A stretch of 64,000 nucleotides of DNA, from assembly GCF_964204645.1 (NCBI RefSeq), contig NC_134026.1, positions 705,950-769,949 of the forward strand. Reading direction: 5' to 3'. Positions 53,428-64,000 of this stretch are shown piece by piece (the first letter of the stretch is position 1; each line of letters starts with the position of its first letter). Below the pieces are notes generated by a model. It was not told where the DNA came from. It was given only the letters and a program-made list of their open reading frames with translations, and did not search any database. Made by a program: the position numbers and the translations under genes. Origin of the DNA: Tubulanus polymorphus. Lineage: Eukaryota > Animalia > Nemertea.

Positions 53428-53500
53428 GGTTCCATGGTGTAGTGGTTATCACATCTGCTTAACACGCAGAAGGTCTCGGGTTCGAAACCCGATGGAACCT
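53428..53500 (+). tRNA. tRNA-Val(AAC), atypical
   Basis: Cloverleaf: GGTTCCA/TGGAACC acceptor, anticodon arm TCTGC-TTAACAC-GCAGA, T-arm TCGGG-TTCGAAA-CCCGA, TTTTT terminator at 53502. Confidence 0.92.
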
Positions 53501-55101
53501 GTTTTTATCTTTTTTTTTCTAAACCAGCTTACTACATTTATTCTACCCATAGATTTAATTTGTTTACTTCAAAAATATTATCTATTATGGCTTGTTTGTT
53601 GTGGTTTTCATTTATCCTCGTACAAATTGTATTCAAAAACAAATGCATTCCTTATGTGTTTATAATTACGCGTGCAAAACCCTCGATACATGCTGTTTTT
53701 ACACGTTTTGCAAGGGAATTAATGCATTTAATTAACGGGGATTCTAGAAGTAAACAAATAACAGAAATGTTGCCTTATTAATTATGTCATCCTCATATTT
53801 CCTTTCTTCCCTTCTTTCAATTTGCTTTTGTTTTTAGCCGAGAAAGATGCAATAGTTTCCTGTACGGATATAATTCTTTGAAGAACAGGTCTAAAGAAAA
53901 GAATGGAGGAATGATCCTATTGGGGATCCTCCCAGGGAGACTGCTTCATGTTTTTCACAGAATTACCATAAGTATAATATTCCTATGTTGCATGCAGTAA
54001 TACAGATTTACCTCCATTATCAATCAATCAACGCCAACCTGACCCAAGCTATCTAATGAAGGTATCCGAATGAAAATCAACACATTTCTTTTCATATTTA
54101 CACAATATATATAATCTCTTTATTTGTCTCATAATTAATGTACTTAGTACATGCTTAACATTCAACAACTCACAAAAACAACAAACAAGCAAAAACAACC
54201 ACGCTCTTACAATGAACCGTACCTGAAAATAAAGCCTACTAAACCAATGCCACAATTATACATTTACAGTCATATTGAAAAAGCTGGTATGGAAGTTTTT
54301 TTAACTAGAAATATGAAGGTTGATTCAATTATCAATGTGGCTCACAGCACTGAATTCATGGCAATCTGAACCTGGATTCCTGTGGATTTCATTTTGTATT
54401 TGGGAATACCAGATTCTCAGAATTGTTGAATTAGTGATACATTAAAGACCTCAGAAATTTTTTTCATCAGACACCATGAACTTATCAACTCTAGCTCTAT
54501 CAGCCTGAACAATAGTTCTATAGTATTTGACTGAAGTAAGGTATATGTATATTTTACAACTCCACATATCATTTTGATTGTATATCATGATTTACTTAAA
54601 AATAATGGTTTTGTTTTCTCTGGTCAAATTAGGCAGTATTATATTTTAAGACTGAACATACAAAAAGTTCATATTTGTGCTTCATTTCGTAGTCATTTTT
54701 ATAAAAATACATAATTATTTATTACAATACATCAATATTCTCAGACAATCGCACATTTCATACAATGGGGAAATATAGCGAAAAATAATCCGCCATAAAC
54801 AACAAATCCTCATAACTATCAACTATAGGATTTATAGAATGAAAACAAGCATCAGAAAGCGAGGAAATGTGATCAGTTGTTACATCTTACTAAATTCATG
54901 TTTTAATAAGAATTTCCCAGCCATTTTATATCGGATAGGTTTGTTGAAGTGCACTTCAGGTGTATCTCATTTACTGTATCGTTTGAGACAATATTGAAGC
55001 ATTCATCGTATCTCTGTTTTTATCACGGTTCAGAGAACGATTTTGATCAATCGGCTCGTGATCTTCAACATTCTAATGATAGTCATAATTGTGGAGATCA
55101 T

Positions 55102-58100
55102 TCAAAGTGAACTGTAGTCATCCGGAAACTCATTCCTGAAAAACAAAATGTGACTTTAGAGAATTGTAATCAACAGATTTGTGGCAACCGATGATGCAAA
55201 TAATTCAGGAAAGTTCAATCAATGCATCTATATATACTGATATCACATTTCAAAATCAATGGTTTACACTACAGGGCGTTTCAGAAAATAAATTTCCCAT
55301 TATTAACAATAAATTTATTTCAATTATGGAATAATTAATCTTCAAGCTACAGTAACACATTTTTTAAGACCCTGTATAATAATTCCTGTAGTTTGTTATG
55401 CAGAACACTAAGTAATAATAGCTCACACATGTTAGTATTTAGTGAGTATTTAATGGAAATTTTATCATTTGAAGAGGATTAGAACTTTTAGAGATTCGAA
55501 TGGCGATGAGGAAAATAATGGGTCGACTCACGTGGTTTTGCAACAACAAGTGAAACACAATGAGAATATACTGCAATGACACTGATGATCTGTATCCTGC
55601 ATGTAGAGTGGAGACGTCAATGATATTGGATCCTGATTGATAAACTCGTGTAGTTCTGTTATCGGAAAACCGTGTTCGTAATAATTCTGAAAATAGAATA
55701 TTCGCAAAAATGAGAAGAACGTTTTAAACATTTCCTTTTAAGCAAAGTAATCTGAATGATCTTAGCCTTAGCCCCCGACCTGGATCTGTAATAATCTAAT
55801 AATTATTGTCAAAAAGAAGTTTCTAGAAGGTCTATTCAAATTTTGAAGAACCCCAGACCCCCCAAAGATTCTTTGCATTGTTCGAGGCAAAAAAATTCAT
55901 TAATTCGGAAGCCCCCTATACAAAATTCCTAGATCCACACCACTGCAATCTACTGTTTTACAGTAGACTCGGTCTCACAGGAAAGGTTGGATCTGATATC
56001 ATTCTACCAAATACTGAGTTACAGGAAATCTAACAACTTGTTAACATGTTAAGTGGAACAACTGGTAAAACGAGTGAGTGTATAGCAGTAAGGAATTATA
56101 TTCCATCCGTCGAACTGGGTTAAGTTGTCATCAGATAAGTTGTCAGGTTAACTACCGGTAAGTCGTCACTATTTTTGTGTCCGAATTTATGTTTCACTTC
56201 AATGAGTAAGTCATCATTTGGATAATATTTGTCATCATCGCAGCTACGATGACTTCGAGTGTGAGTTTCACCGTACATGTCGTATATCGTACCTTAATTG
56301 CTTCATAAGTAGTAATGATGATTGACGTGAATATACTGTATACAACATACATAAACAGACTGATGAATATATATAGATATACACGACTGTAGATATATAT
56401 CAACGAATTCGATCTTTGAATCGCTGCGAACGTAACAAACATATCATCGCCATTTACTAACGAAAATAAACATTCTGAAGCCGTACTCAAATCACGGAAC
56501 TGAAAATAGAAAGAAAATATAACGTGTCTGGGGTGGATTTAAGGGGTGATTCACAGGGGTTCAGACCACTACCTTCGCACTGAACACAATAAAACACATA
56601 TTCATGTCATGTAGATGTTCTCATGAATACATGAATTGTAAATGAGCCGCGTTAATCTGGTTTCAAATCAGTAAATGTAAAGTATGGTAGTAGTACTTTG
56701 TTTGTTTACTTGATTTTATCAAAAATACAAGCATTGCTACGACAGTAGACGCTGCTCGCCTTGGATGTCATAGCACCAATAAATTCTCTCTGGAGGTATG
56801 CAAATACCAAGGCAGTCGGAGCAGTGTTGTGTCACTATCAAGCTGAAGTGGGGCATGAAAGTTTGTAATATAGGGTCCAGACATTCGACTTCTGGGTGAA
56901 CATAGTCTACTGTAGTGCATAGTGGCTTCATCAGGTGAATCCGACTAAATAACCCGATGAAGCAGAAGCATTTTAAACAAAATCCTGAGTAAACCTTCAA
57001 AATAGTACTAGTCTTCACATTTACCATGAAGAGTGATTTTTACCTTGACATGATACGGGCCGAGGACAATCCAACCACAGAATGTAAATCCAAGATAGAA
57101 AAATGCAGCGCACAATAGAAATCGTAGAATTGCAGGAAATGCAGCTTTCATCGTTAAAATAAGCAACTGAAATGAAAAGTAAGTTTATTACATTCTCGAG
57201 ACACTTTTACACAAATCACATGAACCTCTGTATATACTCACATTGTAATGTTTGAAAAACTGCAGGTATCTAAGTACTCCTATCCATATTAGTAAATTAC
57301 CAGTACCCAATAGTAAACCACATAGGTCGTAGCTACTCGACTCCTGCAAAATAATTATCAAAATTCAATAATTGTGTCAACACTCATGTACTTTAGTGTG
57401 AAGAAGATATTAAGATAACCTACCGATGCATCTATAGCCATTTTGATCACTGTTCCAATAACTGTTAGAACATCATTGATTATGATAAGTATATGCCACA
57501 AATTGACAAACTCCATCATATCATCTGTACTCAACTTCTTGTTGAATTTATATTCGAAAAACTTATTCGTGAACTGAAAAAATTCAAACAAATTTACTTA
57601 TTTAATAATACGTTTAATAACCCAATAAGATAAGCAGCAAATGGGAAGAGTGATCATGATTTGTGGACAAGGGGTTGCCAGTAGTAGTTGTATGAACCTA
57701 AATCGAAATTTAAACAATAATATAAAATTTACCATTACATGGATTTCTACTAAAATCCATTTTATTATCAAGGCGATATAAGGGACACACACAAAATGTT
57801 ATAAGGTCACTGTTGATTGTTTATTTGTCAAAATCTGTTGTTTACAAGCTGAGATATCAGAGTTTAAACACAGCCAAAAGGCCAGTCAGCAAGTCAAATT
57901 TGAATGCTAGGTGATTGGGTACACTAGGATCATACAGCGACGTAGATCAACTGTGGGTAAAACCCCTTCTCGGACTGGGAACACCCTGCAACACCCTGGC
58001 CCCTATTAGTCAATAATGAAAAAGCATTTTGAAATAGATGGCAAAATGGTTGAATATTTTACTTACACGTCTCAGCATTTCAGCTCTAAACAAAGATCGA

Positions 58101-61100
58101 AAGCATAAAACAGTCGAGAAAATACTGATAATGATGACGAGCACGTCCAGCGTCCGAACTCCATATTCACGAAGACGTGGATCTGCTGAAAACGTAACCG
58201 TAACAAGTACGAATGAATAACAAGTGCAAATTCATGTAGGGTTTGAAACTTGCTCTCAAACTGAATCTACTGAACACAACAAATGAAGCAAACAAACAGA
58301 TGATGTGTTGAATCCTATTAATGGAACAGGGCTGCAATTTTCAATGCTTTGTTAGTTTACTCATTGTTTGGTTGCAAAATGATAAGTTAATTTCCAAAGC
58401 AAACAAAATAGCATAGTACAGTTACTAATATCGTTGGGTAAGGTCCTAAAACAATATATTGAAAATAGGCAGCCCTGCTTATCATTCGCCGGTGGTTATG
58501 GTAAATTCATGCTCTACTTTTTTTTAACTAGTGTAGTATACGTATTAGTTCATGCAAATGAAGACATTTAGAAACTCAAAATTCTGTGGATATTAGAGAA
58601 AAAGAATCAATTTTCCATTTGCTAAAACGGAATCCTTTAATGAATAGTGGTCTAGCTTTTTTCACAGATTATGATGTCTCTACTGAATAGAATAAATAAC
58701 ATAATACAAGTACTCATACATATATACATGTATAACATGAAATATGCTGATGTTGTAGGAGGCTTAATGGGAATAAACATATATTTCATATAAATACTGG
58801 ATAGTATACCGGTACATCATATCATCTCATCCTTTAGATCAATTGATAAATTTATGACATCGAAAAAACCAGCTCTAACTCCAGGGGCCAGTTGCACAGT
58901 CATGACTTAGACTTAAGACCATTCTAAGACCAACTTAGTTCTATAGCTAATCTAAGAACTTAAGACCAGTCTTACGATTTAAGACCTCTTTTGGACTTAA
59001 GTCGCGACAGTGCAACTGGCCCCAGGGCCGAATTTTTATTCAGAGATAAACATATGTGGCCTTAGGTTTACTGTTTACTGTGAATATAGTCCCTGAAAGG
59101 AGGAGTACCCATCTATTTATGAATAGATGTTTTTTTAAACATAGCAATGCAGATTTGTTTGATTTGAATACCGGTAAACAGTTTTATGCATGAATTAAAA
59201 CAATTCATGGAGGATTAATAGGTCGTGCTTACTTGTCTCATGGTCAACATGTCCGTAACATTCCAGTTTAAATATATCTGAAGTTAACGATATATCAACT
59301 TGACCATCATGTTGAATATTCTCATAATGAATCTGAAAGAGGAAAAAGCATCGTAAACCGTGACGCAACACGTTTGAATGCATGGGGATTATTTTTTTTA
59401 AATTCAATTCATACAGTTCACCATTTTTGGTCATAAAGGCACACGGAACCAACTGAAAAACTCGGATTAACATATATTTATGGATTATGTGGATAGAACG
59501 ACCTCAAATTACTTACATTTATATCAAATTGGAAACAATCAGGAGATTGTAACATTGATAACGCTTTTAGATGAATCGTCTTCAAACTAAATTTCAGTTT
59601 CATGTCAACTAAGCTGCAATTTCGAACAATATTTTGAAGCCATTTTAAAAATCCTGATGAACAAAACTCAAGCATGGAAACTGCACTTACGAATCGAAGT
59701 TGATGTAGTAATCTTTTTGACGAAGGAATGTAATTAAATCGAAGAATTCATCGGTTGTGTTTGTCGATTTGTTAAACCTTTCCATCGATTCCAGGAGAAA
59801 ACTATCTGATAATAGAAAACAAGACGCAGTGAAGAATCCATTTAAGACATTTCAGACGAATTTCCAGGGTTCAAATTTGGTGAAACTCGTAAAATCTTCA
59901 CATTCTCACACATCGGAAAAATTGATTTTTTCAAATTTCTTTAGAACAAAATACCAGGATCTTTCATATGATTCTGTCACCTAATTTTTCCAGATTTTTC
60001 GTAACACATTTAATGAGCAGTTACTGATCACAATCTGGACAGATTGAAAAGAAGTTTCTTAACTTAAACTTACAGACAATTTGAATGAATTACAAGAGGC
60101 ATTAATTTGCAGCTCTACAAGATATTGCATAAAAAGGGATCATGACATCGCTCCATATCTTTTTAAACAATATTCACATCAATTTGACCCCTTGATTTTT
60201 GAAGAACGGAAACTTACCTTGAACTATCCTTGAATCGTAATGATACGTCTGATTAGCCGGATTGATGTCTCCCTTCTTGTAATGTTTAATAATCAGCTGC
60301 ATAGGTGGAATATTAGTGTGATTTCTGGTGCGAATAAAATCATACGATCCAATAGCGATTTCCTTCGTTGCGTTGTACTAAATAAAATCATATATACAAA
60401 TCATACAGTTAGACTCATACAGGATGGAGACAACTTTTACATAGTCTCGACGGTGCCTGTCAGGATATTTGGAAAATTGTTTAGTTGGCCAAAAATCAGA
60501 TCTGCACTCGCGAGTTGAGAGGGTTTTTAGTTTGCATATCGTTTACAAAACACTGACAATGATTCATAAAACTGGAATTTATCACGACCACAAGTTCAAC
60601 AATTCAAACAGATAAAACCGAGACAAATTAGTTTTCTACAAGATAAGAATAAAAGATAAGTCTGTTGCTTACTTACCCTGTACCAAGCGTAATTGACTCC
60701 TTTCACTATTTCGTCTATGGTATAAACAGCGAATGCACCATGTGACGCTGGGTACGGCATCGTTTCAAATGTTGTATCCCAGCCACATAAATACAAGTGT
60801 TTAAACGTAATGATGTTTTTCTCCAAGAAGTCGACGTGACGCGAACGCGTTTGACCAAACACAATCAGCTGAAAACAAATAGACCGTTACTGGGTATACG
60901 TGACTTAATTACAAGATCCACTTCCACAGCTGTGAGATCTTTGCCTTTTTAGGACAGGTTTTGATCTACTGATTTGTCTCCACTGATTCTCCTCTGACGC
61001 ATTTGTTTTGACCAGAATATGCCCTACCTATTCCAGAATACATGTACCCTTATCTGTAAACCTGATAGAAGCGGCTGGGAGAGAGTTTGTAACCCAGAAT

Positions 61101-63803
61101 TGCTAATAAATTGCCAAGTTAGGATTTTTACCTGAATCTGAAATTCCCCGACTTTGTCCTGATTTTAAAGGACCGGACTCTCTGATCTGTACGAACCCGT
61201 AGTTATTTCTAAACCTGAATATCAAGTTCAGTTAAGTCTTCACTTAAGTTTTGCTGAGGTAACTTAACTTGAGGGAAAGTTGTAAGGCACGTCTGCCTTA
61301 CAACTTTCCCTCAGCATAATAAGTTTTAAGGCCTACCTGAAAAGTAACGAGGAACACTTTGAGTAACTGTAGAATAAGTTTCCACGGAAATCGACGTCTT
61401 GATTTCCATTTGTCGCACGGATTCATGAAATGAAATCGTAATCGTCTGCGTAAACGATCTTCCATACTGGGTGTAAATACAGATCGATTGAACGAAGAGT
61501 TTGTCGATGAGATTGAGCTTCTGCGACGGTCGTTATCCGGTGTCGGGGTAGGGGTACTCGTCGCCGGCGGGGTAGCGTTGATCGAAGCATACGTCGGTAC
61601 GTCGTTCGTTTCGCGCTGTACGAAATGTTTGATTTCTGAAAGTCGAAATGAAGACGACATCGTTAGTTATTATTACAGTTGTTTTTTATTACAGTTATCG
61701 CTATTTAACCTATTTCATTATCAGAAAAAATGATAAGATTTATTTTCATACGTGATTTGGAAAGATATTCTTTAAATACGATCAAATACCGCGGAACCTT
61801 AAAGTAAGTTCCATGCTCCCGGTTTCTTTCGAAGTGACATCTATTTATAGAATAGATCGATACTCGATTATTGAGGGTCCAGGGACATTCCTTCAATATT
61901 CAACGCCCTCTAGTTCATTGATACAGTAATCAATGAGCTTGAAACTCATCGCAATCATGGAGCTATTTGTCTACGGAGCCCAAGTGGCTAAAAATCAACA
62001 AGTAAAATTATCATTCAGCGCTGAGACCAAACATTGAATCATCTTAATTCTATAACCAATCCAGCAGCCAGTTTTATGATGTAAATGCAACTGGCCCAGT
62101 TGTTTTAAAATGTTGCCCTAATTAAAACCGACATCAAGATAGATAAACTAGTAACTAAAGCAGCTTCCCCTATGATTTACCTCCATTTGCCTGAATTTTG
62201 TTCGATTTTGTATCTTTTTCACCGAGTTTAAACACAATTCCAGCTAATTTACATTGATGTTCAGTAATCCATTCGTATTCAAATATCTTTGTGAATCCTT
62301 TTAAGTTATCCATCGTTTTTTATAACGCGAATATAAACATCAAAAATATGTAAACCACACAAAAAATGGCTGAATCGCAAACTAAGAATCGAACGATATA
62401 TCGCCGTGTACAATCTGACCTCACATCCGAATTCAACAACTAGATTTGCATTTATTGCAGTATAATCCGTTAGCAACTGGCACACTCTTTAGTTTCACAT
62501 TCAAACTGTATTCAAATCGTTAAAACAAATTTCAGATACACAGATTTTGAAACACTCATAACTCTCTGCATTAAGCATGCGAATGACTTACATAAATTTG
62601 GGCCTTTTGATATAAAGTTTGCACGTTATGCTAGCCGAGTGTTGACCCGTGCTTATCTGAACCGAAGTTTAAAATCAGATGACCCATAGAAACAATAGGT
62701 CATTTATTCATTCCGATTTTCTTCCTGTTTTTGACATTTTCCCCCATCACAACTGACTAATCCTGGATCAATTTATAATACAAAAACCAGGGAAGGTTTT
62801 TTCCGGTAGATTCCAGTTCTTGGAAGTTGGATCATCGGTGTAAATGTAACTACAGGGAATCATTATTTAGGTCATAATCGACATCTAGAAAATCCAATGT
62901 CAAGTGACCCTCGGTTGAAGTTCTAGGGTTTATCAACTTTTGTTGACTCTTTCAGGCCATCACTCGAGACAAATAAATTGATAAGAGGTCAAAATCTGGT
63001 AAAATTATTTCGCTATTGATGATATTAACTACGCAGGTTCAATATATAAACCTTCGTGCGCTATATATCCACACGTGAACCAGATTTTTAGGAAAGTTAT
63101 TGAAATTCATGGAATGGGGTGACAACGAGCAGCATTTAGAGAACAATGTGACCAGTTTTTGAATATTTCGGGTTCAAACTTCTGACTATAGATGTCATCA
63201 AGGTACAGAGTGAAACCTTAAATCATCATCGCTGGAACAATCATTATGCTGATGACTTATAGAAACTTATACTTTGAATTACACTAAATTACAGTAAATT
63301 TAATTGAAAATACACAATTTGGGATTCAAAACTAGTAATGTGAATCAAGTTCGATCGTACTGGTTTAACATTCAATACTAGTTCACTGCAGGAGTCAGAA
63401 ATCTACAAGCAGCAGCGGCAGCGGCAGCAGCAGCAGCAGCAGCTGTGGCTGTGGATGTTGTTGAATAAACACTATAATCCGTGTACACTGTAGATAAATG
63501 AAGAAATCCCACACTTCGAATTCAAAATTATAAGATAGAATCTATCATTTTGTAACCACAAGCTTTCGGCTGTTGACTGACAGCCATCATCAGGTGGAAT
63601 GGCCACCTGATGTCAACAGCCATCATCAGGTGTGGATCAGCAGCTGTGGAATTGAGTTGATAAACCAGAAACTTACCGCTATCATCATCTTGGTCATCGT
63701 TATATCGACTATTTTCTACACCGTGATAAGAACTGCATCTGATAAGTTTATTCACACCTGACCCAGTCGGTTGAATCGTCCTCACTAGCGGTTGTGATTC
63801 CAT
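55102..63803 (-). CDS. Mucolipin (TRPML) lysosomal cation channel
   Basis: LRRRLRFHFMNPCDKWKSRRRFPWKLILQ, FVNLWHILIIIND, pore SECLFSLVNGDDMFVTF, Cys cluster CFTCCC, last exon NEFPDDYSSL*; first coding exon 63803-63678 splices in phase to 61635. Confidence 0.95.
58885..59022. mobile_element. PIF/Harbinger-like MITE, copy 3 (fragment also near 36745-36790)
   Basis: CAG|GGGCCAGTTGCACAGTC...GACAGTGCAACTGGCCC|CAG, same family as 26644 and 26813. Confidence 0.82.
63409..63444. repeat. Imperfect (CAG/CGG)n microsatellite in a mucolipin intron
   Basis: gcagcagcggcagcggcagcagcagcagcagcagct. Confidence 0.85.
63556..63597 (-). ncRNA. Minimal type I hammerhead ribozyme (Penelope-type)
   Basis: CCAC-CUGAUGA-U-GGCUGU(cagtca)ACAGCC-GAA-AGCU-U-GUGG: stem I CCAC/GUGG, intact core, stem II, palindromic AGCU stem III. 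Confidence 0.72.
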
Positions 63804-64000
63804 GTATCGAGCCTGTGAAATATTGCCGAGTCACTATATGAAAAAACCGGTCTCCACAAGATCAAACCCATGACATCTATTACTTAGTGTGTCAAGATAT
63901 ATGTCAATTTTTTGGTACAACCCCTAATCATGTGGTAATAAATCAATAACCCATAGCTTATTGTATTCAGAGATAAAACTCTCTAATGAATTGAAAATCT

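Noticed and set aside
63409-63444. Polyglutamine-coding CAG tract
   Set aside because: Lies in a mucolipin intron with no supporting ORF or splice sites

Overview
Eukaryotic (metazoan, most likely an invertebrate with a compact genome and many 50-110 nt GT-AG introns) gene-dense region, so most ORF-track entries are single exons or antisense noise. Gene order: DGCR8/pasha (-, runs off the left edge), POLR2J/RPB11 (+), EFCAB5 (-), KCTD9 (-), a 2.46 kb non-autonomous TIR element, SART3 (+), O-GlcNAcase OGA (-), two tandem GOT1-type aspartate aminotransferases (+), SH3PXD2/Tks (-), TANGO2 (+), a divergent pair of small secreted 7-Cys eclosion-hormone-like peptide genes, U5 snRNA (-), tRNA-Val(AAC) (+) and a mucolipin/TRPML channel (-). 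Introns carry several MITE families, a SINE-like fragment and Penelope-type minimal hammerhead ribozymes. Best leads: (1) the head-to-head 7-Cys peptide pair; (2) the GOT1 duplicates, one ending in the peroxisomal signal SKL and the other with a remodelled N-terminal substrate lid; (3) hidden in-frame and stop-containing exons in an expanded OGA intron; (4) an intact-looking hammerhead ribozyme in the mucolipin intron. All calls come from manual reading and recalled family motifs; no searches or folding programs were run. CDS coordinates are first-to-last codon spans including introns.
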